From a virus (Duplodnaviria; Caudoviricetes): 62,873 bases of DNA. The notes under the pieces were generated by a model, which was not told the DNA's origin, ran no database searches, and saw only the letters and a list, made by a program, of their open reading frames with translations. The stretch spans positions 1-62,873 of the IMG/VR virus record IMGVR_UViG_3300009154_000059. The stretch is one strand, 5' to 3'. A program made the translations under genes and the position numbers. Of this stretch, positions 37,473-47,897 are shown in pieces; the stretch's first letter is position 1, and every line of letters begins with the position of its first letter.

Positions 37473-38441
37473 TTATGTTGAAGCTATTTTTTTAACTTTT
37501 AATTTTTGTTCAAGAGTAATTAAATCTTCTTGGTTATCATCATCCATTAAGAATTTAATTAGTTCTTCTTCATCATGGGCAACTTCATATTCTCCTTCAT
37601 AAATTTTACCATTAGGTTTAGCTCTATATATAGAATGTGATACAGCTTGTTTTACTAAATCTTTTACATGTAGTAAATCATCTTTCATATCTGCAAATCT
37701 ATTAAATACCTCTACAGGATTTAATGAAGCATATTTACCAGATTTAAACTCAGTTTGTTTTAATAAATTATCTACTAAGTTATATACTACTTCTTCTTTA
37801 GTATCTTCTGTTACAGAGAGTCCTAATACTCTAGCTATTTTCTTTTTCTTGTCAGGAGACATACTATCAAACTTAACAATAGCTTTGTTAATCAATTGTT
37901 TCTTTTTAAACACAACTGCATTTTCAATATCTTCATCCACTACATAATATTGTGTATCTGCTGGATATTCTCCTCTTTCCCATGCTTGGTAAGAAGATGC
38001 AATTGTTGGGTGTACTCTAAGCCAAGAAAAAGCTATTTCTTGAAAAGGAATAGATAAATCAAAAAAGTTATCTCCATCTAAAAGTTTATATGGTTGAACA
38101 TGTGTTTCATCTGTTGTAGATGTAGAAAGTCCATAATTCCAAAATTTAGATCTAGGACCTAAATCAATATCTCCTAAAAGTGATTCTAGTTTTTCACGAA
38201 GTTTTGTAACTCTTTCAATCTCTAGTTGTCTTTCTGTTGGATCTTGAATTCTCTTAATATAAGAAGCATTAGCATCTAACCCTGTTCTATATTGACCATC
38301 AACTTCTTTATAAGGATATTTAATTACTCCTGTACCAGGAATTCTTGTCATACCTTCTCTAGCTAAATTGCTGTCCATTGTTTGCAATTGTGAGCTATTA
38401 AATTCTCTTTTGATAGTGGAAATTTTTCCTAATTTTGCCAT
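37473..38441 (-). CDS. Conserved crAss-like capsid-module protein of unknown function
   Basis: 322 aa, directly downstream of MCP/HNH. Confidence 0.55.
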   Translation of the reverse strand: MAKLGKISTIKREFNSSQLQTMDSNLAREGMTRIPGTGVIKYPYKEVDGQYRTGLDANASYIKRIQDPTERQLEIERVTKLREKLESLLGDIDLGPRSKFWNYGLSTSTTDETHVQPYKLLDGDNFFDLSIPFQEIAFSWLRVHPTIASSYQAWERGEYPADTQYYVVDEDIENAVVFKKKQLINKAIVKFDSMSPDKKKKIARVLGLSVTEDTKEEVVYNLVDNLLKQTEFKSGKYASLNPVEVFNRFADMKDDLLHVKDLVKQAVSHSIYRAKPNGKIYEGEYEVAHDEEELIKFLMDDDNQEDLITLEQKLKVKKIAST

Positions 38442-38475
38442 GATTTAGTTAATTTATTTTTGGTTTATAATTTGC

Positions 38476-38596
38476 AGAGTGTTCCCATTGAAAGGAATGC
38501 AATACAGACATGTAGTCTAATATTCATCACTCTAATTTTGAAAAGAACCCCTCTTAGGTGGGAGAGAGGATTGGGTTCAGAGGGGGAGTCTTTTCA
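38476..38596 (-). other. GC-rich structured intergenic element (three-way junction plus long hairpin/terminator)
   Basis: Pairings AGAGTG/CACTCT, TTCC/GGAA, AATA.AGAC/GTCT..TATT, TGAAAAGA/TCTTTTCA and CCCCTCT/AGAGGGG. Confidence 0.5.
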
Positions 38597-38630
38597 GGAA
38601 TTGTTTGTTATTTTTATTATTAGAATAATA

Positions 38631-39104
38631 TTATTTCTTTATTAGATTTACTACACGTTTTACATGAGTCATATCCATTTGAGGATTATGTAATTCTCTG
38701 TGACAATTAGAACATAAAAGCATACATTTTAAAGCTTCATTTAGAATTTCATCATCGTTTTTATATTTTAGCATTTGAACTTTAATTTCAAAACTTTTTT
38801 CATCAGGGTTTATATGATGAAAATCAAAAGCTGCTATATTTTTATCATATCCACATTTTTCACATTTTCCTCCAAATAATTCTATTAATTCTAGTTTCTT
38901 TTGGATTCCTTTGATTGTATATAGATTAAGACCATGAATATCTTTAAATGCTTTATTATTTTTAGAAGACTTTTTATATTTAGCAGCATCATGACATTTC
39001 TGATCACAAAACTTTTTATCTCTTCTAAAGTTTTTCTTACCTTCTTTTTGCTCAAGTTTTTTATTACAAAACTCGCAGTATTTATCTTCTAAAGAAGTTT
39101 CCAC
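38631..39104 (-). CDS. HNH endonuclease with N-terminal Zn finger
   Basis: CEKC..FDFHH..CSNCHRELH; N-terminal CEFC..FCDQKC. GTG start overlaps the MCP stop (TAGTG). Confidence 0.85.
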   Translation of the reverse strand: METSLEDKYCEFCNKKLEQKEGKKNFRRDKKFCDQKCHDAAKYKKSSKNNKAFKDIHGLNLYTIKGIQKKLELIELFGGKCEKCGYDKNIAAFDFHHINPDEKSFEIKVQMLKYKNDDEILNEALKCMLLCSNCHRELHNPQMDMTHVKRVVNLIKK

Positions 39105-40663
39105 TAAAATTGTGGAATCTCTTCTATCAATACTGTTCTAGATAAATCTTCAATGAATACATCACATCTGTCTTTCATCCAGATTTCATATCCAGGGAAT
39201 TTATTAGCTGAACTCATACCTTGAGATTTAGCAAATCCTAAGTGATGTCTTGTACCATCAATATAACCCCATGTCATTGAAGGAGCACCTTTCATTCTAA
39301 CTTCTCTAATGTTATTAACCATAGATCCATCAGACATTGGAGACACATCAAATACAAAGAATACAGGAGTTGATTTTTTGTTTTGTCCAAACTCTAAATT
39401 AGTTTGTGGTAAATCTAATTCTTTTAAGTGAACTAATTCAACTCTACCTGTTTCTCTTGTAACCATTGCATCAAATGCAAAGTTATAAGTGATGTGTTGT
39501 CCTTCTCCTTGCATATATCTGTTTCCAGAATCTGCCATGAAAGTTAAACCAGAGTTTAATGCATCATTTTTTAAAGCTTGTTGGAATACATCAAAACCTG
39601 CCTCATTAGTGTACATTTTAACTCGTCTATCTTTAACATCTACTCTTCTATAGAATAAATCTCCAAATACTGAACGAATTAAGTTAGCAGAAAATTCACC
39701 TCTATTATATTGTACTAAGTTACCATTGTTTCTCATTCTATGGTAAACACCAGCAGATGTACGTTTTAAGTTTTGTTGAGAACCATTAGTTTTAACTGTA
39801 GCTGGTTTAGCCCAGATCATACGTTTAACTTTTAATTCTAACATTGATTTTCTCATCCAGAATTCCACAAATGGCTCCCATTTAACATCATTACGAGTTA
39901 AAGGTAATTGGTTTCTTCTTTGTGGAGCATACACTAAAATATCTAGTGGTTTTCCAGAAGCATCAACCATCATTTTATCATCTGCCCATTCAGTGATTTT
40001 GTGCTCATAACCATATCCTGAACCTAATGATTCAAACATAGTAATTTGCTCACCTAATCTTGGAAGTCCTAATAAGTCTTGGTCAAACTCTCCAATTGCA
40101 GCATCTACTAATTCTAACTCTACTCCTACTTTCAAGAATGGAGAATTTGTTGGTAAATAATCAACAGTTGGATTATCTGTTAGAAGAGTGAATGTATATA
40201 AGAATCCCATGTTCCATGGTTGAGGATCTTTAATTACATAAAGTCTTGGACCATATTGTCTAGTTCCTACTGATACAATTGCATTTTTAGAAAACTCATT
40301 AGAGTCAATTACTAATGTAAACTCTTGTCCATCAATTCCAATTCTAGAATTATTAAAAGTGGAATTAGGAATATCAATAATTTTAGGGAACTTGTAAGGA
40401 ACAGCAATTTGCCATTTCCAAGCATCACTATTATTATCAATGTAATAAGGAGTTGACTTATTAATCATGTCTAAAAAGTCATTGCTATACAATGAACTTT
40501 GTGTGTACAAGCTGATTATTTTTTTATCATAGTCAGCTGGTTCTGTAGAGTGAAAAGACTCTAAGTGATTTGAGTCAGTTAATTTTCCTACTGCACGCTT
40601 ATCCATAGAGGCTACTCTTGCGTAGGTAAAACCAGTTAACCCTGGAATAGTTTGAATACTCAT
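39104..40663 (-). CDS. Major capsid protein (crAss-like, HK97 fold)
   Basis: 519 aa after portal and scaffold-like genes; LTDSNHL, MYTNEAGFDVF and C-terminal DRCDVFIED motifs; codon usage suggestive of high expression. Confidence 0.85.
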   Translation of the reverse strand: MSIQTIPGLTGFTYARVASMDKRAVGKLTDSNHLESFHSTEPADYDKKIISLYTQSSLYSNDFLDMINKSTPYYIDNNSDAWKWQIAVPYKFPKIIDIPNSTFNNSRIGIDGQEFTLVIDSNEFSKNAIVSVGTRQYGPRLYVIKDPQPWNMGFLYTFTLLTDNPTVDYLPTNSPFLKVGVELELVDAAIGEFDQDLLGLPRLGEQITMFESLGSGYGYEHKITEWADDKMMVDASGKPLDILVYAPQRRNQLPLTRNDVKWEPFVEFWMRKSMLELKVKRMIWAKPATVKTNGSQQNLKRTSAGVYHRMRNNGNLVQYNRGEFSANLIRSVFGDLFYRRVDVKDRRVKMYTNEAGFDVFQQALKNDALNSGLTFMADSGNRYMQGEGQHITYNFAFDAMVTRETGRVELVHLKELDLPQTNLEFGQNKKSTPVFFVFDVSPMSDGSMVNNIREVRMKGAPSMTWGYIDGTRHHLGFAKSQGMSSANKFPGYEIWMKDRCDVFIEDLSRTVLIEEIPQF

Positions 40664-40700
40664 TTTGTTATACTTTTTGTTATTATTAAATTAAGATTGT

Positions 40701-41933
40701 TTATTGTAAAAACCAAGATGTTGGATTTGTTTTATTATTAGAAGTAAAAGATTTATCTTTTGAAGTTTGTCTAGCCACTTCAGAAAATAATGTATCTGTT
40801 TTTTTAGTTACTCCTGTTTTTTGTATAGTTGATAATGTTGGGTCTTTTTCTAAAATTTTTAATAAAAGTCCAACTTTAACTTTTAGAGCATGGTTTTCTG
40901 GTTTCTTTAAATCTAAAATAGTTCTATCAAAATCAGAAAGAGTTTCTCCTGTTGGAGTTTTCCATTTGTCTACTAAAAGAAAATCTTGCAATTCATTTAC
41001 AAGTTTAGGATTTAATGGAATACCATCAAATTCTTTTGCTTTAAGTTTATCATTCAATACTTCTTGTACATTTTTAATGTATTGACTTTTAACTTGCATT
41101 TTATATTGTAATTCTGCTTCTGCTTTTTGTTCTAAGTCTTGAAGTTTTTCTGCTTCTTTTTTAACTAAAACTTTATGGTGTTTTGTAGCTACAGTTTCAA
41201 GGTCTCCATAATTTTGAATTCTTTCTACTTCTGTATCTATGTCTTCAGGATCAAATCCTTGATTAGCTAAAGCTTGTTTTACTACTTTAATTTGATTTGC
41301 TTCTTGGGATAAATCCATTTCAGCAAAATTTACTATTTGATTATAAGTATTAAAGTATTCTTTTGGATTAGCTCCTTTTACAAATATGGCATCAAATGCA
41401 TTTTGATAATCTTCTCCAAATTGTGAAATAAAGTTTTGTACTATTTCAGAAGCTCCTTTTTTCTTTTCTTGATTAAATCTTTCTAAGAATTCTTCAGGAG
41501 TTGTAATGTTTATACTTTCTTCATCTTCTTCTTTATTAAATACTCCTAGTTTAAATAGGTCATTTGCTAAAGCAGTAAATTGAGTTCCTTGAGAAGTTTC
41601 CTCTTCTTCTGTTGTTTGTGAAACAGGAGTTTGTTTAGTTTCTTCCTCTTCTTCTTCATCATCATTACCTAAAAAATCTTTTAATGCTGCTTGATCTTTT
41701 TGTTTATCATCAGCATTCTCTGGTAGAGGAGTAATCTCTTTTCCTTTAGGTTTATCTGTAACAGGAGGAGTTACTTGTTCTGCTTCTTTAATAATAGGAG
41801 TGATTTCTTCTGGAGATGTTGTAGAAGTTTCAGGAGCAAATAAATCATTTAATAATTCAGCATTTCCTGCACCATATTCCATAGTATCTTGAATACTAAA
41901 TCCATTTGAAGGGATTTCAATATTATCAGCCAT
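40701..41933 (-). CDS. Acidic scaffold-like protein
   Basis: 410 aa, acidic low-complexity N-terminus plus coiled coil, between portal and MCP. Confidence 0.65.
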   Translation of the reverse strand: MADNIEIPSNGFSIQDTMEYGAGNAELLNDLFAPETSTTSPEEITPIIKEAEQVTPPVTDKPKGKEITPLPENADDKQKDQAALKDFLGNDDEEEEEETKQTPVSQTTEEEETSQGTQFTALANDLFKLGVFNKEEDEESINITTPEEFLERFNQEKKKGASEIVQNFISQFGEDYQNAFDAIFVKGANPKEYFNTYNQIVNFAEMDLSQEANQIKVVKQALANQGFDPEDIDTEVERIQNYGDLETVATKHHKVLVKKEAEKLQDLEQKAEAELQYKMQVKSQYIKNVQEVLNDKLKAKEFDGIPLNPKLVNELQDFLLVDKWKTPTGETLSDFDRTILDLKKPENHALKVKVGLLLKILEKDPTLSTIQKTGVTKKTDTLFSEVARQTSKDKSFTSNNKTNPTSWFLQ

Positions 41934-42072
41934 AATTTAGTTTGTATTAATATTTTGGTTTATTTTCTTTGTAAAATTATATAAGATATATTTAACTACA
42001 AAATTTTATTTTGTATTTTAAAAAAGTTTTTGAGATATATATAGCATTAAGTGTTTTTCTTATTAAAGTTTG

Positions 42073-44649
42073 TTACAACTTTTTAGGTCTTTGTCTTAGT
42101 TTTGCTATTTCTAAGTCATTTGCCATCTTCTCTCTTTCTGCTTCTATCTTATCTTGTTCAATAGCAATTTTAGAATCAAATTGTTTATTTTTAGATTGCA
42201 TATCTGCCATTTTTAATTGATAGTCTTTTGTAGCTTTATCTTGTTCATGTGTTAATTTAGAAAGCTCTAATACATCTGGAACTTGATTACTGTTAACATC
42301 TTCAGATTGTACTTTACCATAACCTGTTGCAGATATGATAGCTATCTTCTCTTTAGAATCTCTATCAAGTTGTTTTTGATAATCATCATGTACAAGTTGC
42401 TCTTCATGTTGTTGTTGAGCTTGTTGCATTTGTGTTTGGAATTGTTCATTTTGTTGATCAAGCTCTTGTTGTTTTTGTTGCATTTGTTGTTGTTGAAGAG
42501 CTTGTTGTTTATCTCTAAGATCTCTAAACACTTTCTTCATTTCTCTCATAGATTTAGTAGAGTATAATTCAATAACATCATATAATGATCCACCATTCTG
42601 CATTAAAGGTTGTGCAAGTTGTCTTAGTTCATTAAACATTTGTGTATCCTCTGGTCTATTTGTAGGGAACACTTTTAAATCTCTAAATTTTAAATCTGTA
42701 CCATTCACTTGTATAAATGCTGATTCTCCTTCTGATGTAATATAAGAAAGAGTAGATTGTGGTTTTTGAGATTCTATATATTGTGAAGCATCAATGATAG
42801 CTTGATATAATTGACCCATTGTATAATCATGAGCTACAAATAATGGTTCTGTTTGAGAATAAGATTGTTGTATAGCTGTATTAGTTCCTGTTGCTGTTTC
42901 TGATGCAGAAATAGAACCAAGTCTTTGTTTAGACATACCTACTAACTCCCAACATTCATTTTTCATTTGTTGAGCTAAAGTATATCTAGATTGTATCTCT
43001 TGTGTTCTTGTCATATCAATATCTCTAAATTGATTAAAAGAACTTGGAGATTTAAGATTTTCAGGGCTATCATCTATAAATACAACTCCTCTATTTCTAG
43101 CTTCCATTTCCCACATATCTAATGCATCTTGTGCATCTCCATCTTTAGGAATAGGAATATGTCTAATAGACATAAGTTGTACTTTACCTATTTCTTTTTC
43201 AAGTAGTTTATATAATTGATTCATACAAACATTATATATAACTTGAAAAGGTTTCATCATATCTACTAAGCTTCTTGCTTCTGTATTTTTAACCTCATGG
43301 GTTAGTCCTATTATAGGGCAATAATTAAATAGATTAAATGGTTTAATGTGATAGATGTCTGGACCAATTTTAATACCTTGATACCATTGATTAACCCAAC
43401 CCCATTCTAATGATTGTTGTGTTGGTATTGTTCCTGATTTATAATTCTCATCAACAAGTGTAGATTGTTCATTTCCTAATTCATCAAGGTAGATTAGTTT
43501 TCCTATTTTCTTTTTAGAAATCCAATAGGTTCTAACCACTACATATTTATAACCAAAAGAAGATACATTAGAAGTTAGTCCTAAGAAGTCTTTAAGTCCA
43601 TCATTATTCTCTTTCATTTCTGATTCAATAATCATTCTTGTTTGAAGAACTAATGGATCATATGTATCATATGTAACAGAGTCTATACCTGGTGATATAT
43701 TAGGATTTCCTAAATTAGATTCTCTAACATTAATAAGGCCATAATCTTGTAATGAAGATCTAAGGTGATCTATCTCTTCTTTTGTTAAATCTGGAATTGC
43801 TTCTATTATTTCAGAAAGTTCCATTACTTGTACAGTTCCTGCAGCATAAGCTCCTTGTGCTCTTCCTGTAGGATCTGAAATCCATTTTCTATCTGGAGTG
43901 GTAAGAAAGAAAGTGTTTTTAGGATTAACTACTTCTATATTAAATCCAACCTTAGAGTTATCTTCATATACATGATAGAACTCTCTTCCTGATATAAGTA
44001 AATCTCTAAAAGCATCTTCTCCTTTTTCTTTAAGATTAAAATCTGCTTTATTACAAGTAAGCACTCTATTAGCCCATTTTTCTGCTACAGATGTATAAGA
44101 ATCTAATTGATCCTTAACTTGCTCCATAGTCATTTTCTGTAAATCTTCATCAGAAAGCTCTTGTCCTTGTATAGATGCTTTTTGTATAATCTTTTCCTTA
44201 GCTTGAGCTACAATAAATTGTTGAAGGAGTTCTGTTTTAAATTGTAACTCTTCAGCTTGACTATCTTCATCAAAAGCTTTTACTCTATATGTATCTGGTC
44301 TTTTAGAGACTTCTCCTATTAGTTCATTAATAGGAGTTGTTATAATAGAATAATGTTTTACATATTTAGGGAGTCCTACATTCTGTTCTAATATCTCTGT
44401 AAAAGATTTTACATCTGGTTCTTGGTAAAAATCTTCTTGATCTAATATACCTTTAACCAAATCATAATTTTTAACAAATGTATCTCTATTCTTTACATAT
44501 TCAGCATAAGCTTTATTTGCAAAGTAGTCCATTGTATTTTTTATCCAGCTTTCATCCTTCTTTTCTTTCTCTGTTTTAAATTGATCAGGAAAGATATTAA
44601 GATAGGCATATCTGATTGTTGCATCCTTAGTATATCTAATTATTGGCAT
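42073..44649 (-). CDS. Portal protein
   Basis: 858 aa after TerL; HYSIITTPINELIGE, SLVDMMKPFQ..YN and GMSKQRLG motifs; Q-rich coiled-coil C-terminus. Confidence 0.88.
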   Translation of the reverse strand: MPIIRYTKDATIRYAYLNIFPDQFKTEKEKKDESWIKNTMDYFANKAYAEYVKNRDTFVKNYDLVKGILDQEDFYQEPDVKSFTEILEQNVGLPKYVKHYSIITTPINELIGEVSKRPDTYRVKAFDEDSQAEELQFKTELLQQFIVAQAKEKIIQKASIQGQELSDEDLQKMTMEQVKDQLDSYTSVAEKWANRVLTCNKADFNLKEKGEDAFRDLLISGREFYHVYEDNSKVGFNIEVVNPKNTFFLTTPDRKWISDPTGRAQGAYAAGTVQVMELSEIIEAIPDLTKEEIDHLRSSLQDYGLINVRESNLGNPNISPGIDSVTYDTYDPLVLQTRMIIESEMKENNDGLKDFLGLTSNVSSFGYKYVVVRTYWISKKKIGKLIYLDELGNEQSTLVDENYKSGTIPTQQSLEWGWVNQWYQGIKIGPDIYHIKPFNLFNYCPIIGLTHEVKNTEARSLVDMMKPFQVIYNVCMNQLYKLLEKEIGKVQLMSIRHIPIPKDGDAQDALDMWEMEARNRGVVFIDDSPENLKSPSSFNQFRDIDMTRTQEIQSRYTLAQQMKNECWELVGMSKQRLGSISASETATGTNTAIQQSYSQTEPLFVAHDYTMGQLYQAIIDASQYIESQKPQSTLSYITSEGESAFIQVNGTDLKFRDLKVFPTNRPEDTQMFNELRQLAQPLMQNGGSLYDVIELYSTKSMREMKKVFRDLRDKQQALQQQQMQQKQQELDQQNEQFQTQMQQAQQQHEEQLVHDDYQKQLDRDSKEKIAIISATGYGKVQSEDVNSNQVPDVLELSKLTHEQDKATKDYQLKMADMQSKNKQFDSKIAIEQDKIEAEREKMANDLEIAKLRQRPKKL

Positions 44650-44661
44650 AATTATATTTTG

Positions 44662-46683
44662 TTATGTAAACAGTTTACGTTTTTTGTTATTGAATATTCC
44701 TTTGGAAGGAGTAAATAATGTATTCTTTTTTTGTGAAGAAAACATAGCTGTAACTCTATCATCTTGTTTGCTTCCTATAGATCCATATAAAGGATCCATT
44801 TTCATAGCTAGTGCTATTGCTAATTCTGCTGCTACAATACGGTCAAAGTTTCCTTCTTCATTATATTGTATCATTTCTTCTAATAGTACAGGGTCTAATA
44901 TTTTAGATACTCCTTTTATTTCAGATATAGTTTTTCCTTCTTCATCTGTTTCTTTAAATATAACTCCTTCTGAGTATTTTTTTAAACAACCATGTAAAAA
45001 GTCTCTAATCTTTTCAGCAGACCTGTGTATACCAAATTCTCTCCTCACTGTAGTATTTGGAACTATTTCTGTAAGCCATTGTGGTTGTCTTTCTAAATAA
45101 TGAGAATCTCCTTTTGAAATCATATAATCTATAAAAGATATTTCATCATTCTCACATAGAGTTCTAGCATTATAATATTTAATAAGATAGCGAGCTTGTT
45201 CTTCCCATGTTTCTTTTTTATCTGGTCTAGCACAATAAGAAGCTACAAACATATCTTGGTATTTTTCTCCTGATATAGAATGCATACGCTTATATATATA
45301 AACAGATCCTAATGAGCTTGAATATGCAGACTTACCTTGTCTATAAGGGTCAACTCCTGCTACATATAATCCATAAGGAGGGTTTGCTATAGGAAACTCA
45401 TATATAACTACAGGAGCATCTTTTCTATCTGTATTTTTTAATGGAAAATTAGAAATAGGAAGTTTATCTGTAAACTCATGTTTAACTCCTTCTCCATCAT
45501 CATATAATATAACAGGAGTTCCTGTTTTTTCTTCTGAAAGTAATTTTGATTTTTGTCTTTTAGCAGCTTCTATATCAAAAATGTTTGTATCTTCATTTAA
45601 AAATATATCATCCACTTCTTGAGGATAATACATTTTTTCTTTTAAATAAGCAAGTCTATCTCCTGCTTTTCTAAGTCTTTCTAAATTATCTTCTGTTATT
45701 TTTGTAGCTAATTCTTCATTAGAAACCATCATTTCTACTTGATATAATGAAGAGTTTTTAGGAGCATTTATATAATCACCAAGAGAAGACTTTTCTTTAG
45801 CCTCCATTCTATATTTATGGGAAATAAATAAACCATGAACTTTCTTTTCATCCTTACTGTTATTGTATGTTAGAAAATTAAAGTTATCTACATCAAACAT
45901 TAATGATTTAGCATCCATAAATTTCTTCATATCTCCACCTGTACCAGTAAGTATAGGAGAGCATCCCCAACCAAAGGGAGTTGTAAATCCAGGAACTGCT
46001 GCTTGAAACCCTCTAAGAAAATTACCTTTTCCTATCTCATCAATAATAAGTCTTCTAGGTTTTGTACCTGCAATAGCTTCCTCATTATTTCCTTCATCAA
46101 GGTTACGAATTATTATTTGAGAAAAAGGAATTCTCTCTCCTGATTTTGTTTTAATTCCTAATGTAACTTGGTTCTTCCAATTATCTTCTACTCTCTGCCA
46201 TCTCCAAGCTTTTGGAATAAAGTTTAATCCTTTATCTATTTTATCTGTAATAAGTTTTATATCTGGAGCATTTAATCCTGCTATAATATTCTGTGAGTTT
46301 TCATCAAACGTAGCTCCATGAGCTATATAAGAAGCTTCTATAACACTTTTAGCAAACCTTCTTATACCTAATATAACTAAACCTTTTTTCTCTTTGTGAG
46401 CTCTATCTATTTCATTTGTAACAAGCCATTCATTATCTCTCAATAAAGGATTGGCATATTTTTGGTTTATTCTTCCATACTCATCTACATAATCTACTTC
46501 TGTGTTCCAAAAGTTTAAATGCCACAATAAAAAAGGATTAATATATTGTCCATCCATCATTGCTCCATTAGTACAAAGTTCTTTATGAAAATTAAAGAAT
46601 TGTTTATACTCTAGGGAGGTTTCATCAGGAATTCTTTTTTGATTAATAAACCAATCCTTATACTCTATATTATGTAATTGCAT
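44662..46683 (-). CDS. terL: Terminase large subunit
   Basis: Walker A-like RRFAKS, Walker B LIIDEIG, coupling motif TGTGG, RNase H-like nuclease motifs AGVDPY and NFDRIVA. Confidence 0.92.
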   Translation of the reverse strand: MQLHNIEYKDWFINQKRIPDETSLEYKQFFNFHKELCTNGAMMDGQYINPFLLWHLNFWNTEVDYVDEYGRINQKYANPLLRDNEWLVTNEIDRAHKEKKGLVILGIRRFAKSVIEASYIAHGATFDENSQNIIAGLNAPDIKLITDKIDKGLNFIPKAWRWQRVEDNWKNQVTLGIKTKSGERIPFSQIIIRNLDEGNNEEAIAGTKPRRLIIDEIGKGNFLRGFQAAVPGFTTPFGWGCSPILTGTGGDMKKFMDAKSLMFDVDNFNFLTYNNSKDEKKVHGLFISHKYRMEAKEKSSLGDYINAPKNSSLYQVEMMVSNEELATKITEDNLERLRKAGDRLAYLKEKMYYPQEVDDIFLNEDTNIFDIEAAKRQKSKLLSEEKTGTPVILYDDGEGVKHEFTDKLPISNFPLKNTDRKDAPVVIYEFPIANPPYGLYVAGVDPYRQGKSAYSSSLGSVYIYKRMHSISGEKYQDMFVASYCARPDKKETWEEQARYLIKYYNARTLCENDEISFIDYMISKGDSHYLERQPQWLTEIVPNTTVRREFGIHRSAEKIRDFLHGCLKKYSEGVIFKETDEEGKTISEIKGVSKILDPVLLEEMIQYNEEGNFDRIVAAELAIALAMKMDPLYGSIGSKQDDRVTAMFSSQKKNTLFTPSKGIFNNKKRKLFT

Positions 46684-47015
46684 TATTTTCTATTTTTAAG
46701 AAACTCTTCTGCCATACTCCCTAATTGTACATCTCCTCTTATGGCTACAGATTTAGCTTCTTCTTTTTCTCTTAATTTATCTACAACTTCTAATAATTGT
46801 AAATACTTAGTAAGAGTATCTTGTACACATTTAATTTGTGCTTCTTTTGTAGCAGTTACTACCCAAGCATATCCTCCTTTAGGCATTTCTTTTTTACCCC
46901 ATCTATCTTCCACTTTATCTACAGGATTTGCTTCTATATAATCTCTCCATTGTTTTAAAGAGTTTTCTGCAAAATCTAATTCTGCTGATATGTAACTATT
47001 TTTTTTTACTGCCAT
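46683..47015 (-). CDS. Hypothetical protein, candidate terminase small subunit
   Basis: 110 aa, helical, TAATG-coupled to terL. TerS call is positional only. Confidence 0.45.
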   Translation of the reverse strand: MAVKKNSYISAELDFAENSLKQWRDYIEANPVDKVEDRWGKKEMPKGGYAWVVTATKEAQIKCVQDTLTKYLQLLEVVDKLREKEEAKSVAIRGDVQLGSMAEEFLKNRK

Positions 47016-47358
47016 TTTTAGTTAGTTTTAAAAACTTTAACACTTTATATTTAAAGCTAGTTTTATATTTATATTGTCTATAATTATCATATTCAACAAT
47101 ACCAGCCATAATTTTATTATATCTAAGCTGTTCTTCAGAATCTGCAGGAAGTCTATTTGCTAAAGCATATTCTTTATTTTTTTTACGAGTTAATATTTCC
47201 TCATATTCTTTAAGTACCTCTAAATAATAAGGACATATAGATTCTTGCATACCTTCTATATGATAACTTCTTATTGTAAAAAGTTGATTTGGATTATTAC
47301 CTACACCGATTATTCTTTTAGGTTCAATAATTTTTTTACCTTCTTCTGTTGTTTCCAT
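46996..47358 (-). CDS. Hypothetical protein
   Basis: 120 aa ORF in the operon. Confidence 0.6.
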   Translation of the reverse strand: METTEEGKKIIEPKRIIGVGNNPNQLFTIRSYHIEGMQESICPYYLEVLKEYEEILTRKKNKEYALANRLPADSEEQLRYNKIMAGIVEYDNYRQYKYKTSFKYKVLKFLKLTKNGSKKK

Positions 47359-47382
47359 TATGTAGTTAGTTTTATTTTTTTT

Positions 47383-47652
47383 TTATTCTTCTTCTTCTTC
47401 TTCTTCTTCTAAGAGCTTATGAAGATTCATTCCTCCCTCTATTATTTTATCTATATCTTCATCATGCTGAATATCTGAATCTAATTCTGATAAATAGTCT
47501 TGTAGATTTTCATAGAAAGCTTTATCTGAAAGATTCTCTATATTATATTCATTAAAGCTTGTAGAGAGGTGTTTTCCTAATGTTATATTAGGATATTGAA
47601 TATTTAATTTTTTTAATAGAGCTAAACACTCTTTATAATAATTTTTTTTCAT
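47383..47652 (-). CDS. Hypothetical protein with poly-Glu tail
   Basis: 89 aa, ATGA-coupled. Confidence 0.7.
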   Translation of the reverse strand: MKKNYYKECLALLKKLNIQYPNITLGKHLSTSFNEYNIENLSDKAFYENLQDYLSELDSDIQHDEDIDKIIEGGMNLHKLLEEEEEEEE

Positions 47653-47897
47653 ATCAAATCGTCTAAATCTTCTTCTGATAATTTAACATCCGAAGGATTT
47701 TTAGGAAGAACTTCATCTTCTTCTAAAGCCTCTGGAGAAAGATATTCTGGTCTAATAGAAAGATATATTGTGTCTTGATTTCCTTCAGGATCTATTCTTC
47801 CTTTAAAATCTACATAATCATATCCTGCTTCAAATAAAGAATTAAGAATGTCTAACATAGACTCTATAGGAATCATTTTTATTTTTACATTATCCAT
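47649..47897 (-). CDS. Hypothetical acidic protein
   Basis: 82 aa, overlaps both neighbours. Confidence 0.7.
   Translation of the reverse strand: MDNVKIKMIPIESMLDILNSLFEAGYDYVDFKGRIDPEGNQDTIYLSIRPEYLSPEALEEDEVLPKNPSDVKLSEEDLDDLI

Noticed and set aside
38476-38533. Hammerhead ribozyme (UGAUGA in a three-way junction on the minus strand)
   Set aside because: The required CUGAnGA and GAAA core nucleotides are not both present; kept only as a generic structured element.
42400-42510. Poly-Gln (CAA) repeat in the portal gene
   Set aside because: Ordinary Q-rich coiled-coil barrel of podovirus-type portals.
1075-46941. Numerous 60-140 aa plus-strand ORFs in the track opposite the structural genes
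   Set aside because: They are antisense shadows of long minus-strand genes (Ser/Phe/Leu/Ile-rich, mostly TTG/GTG starts, no motifs).
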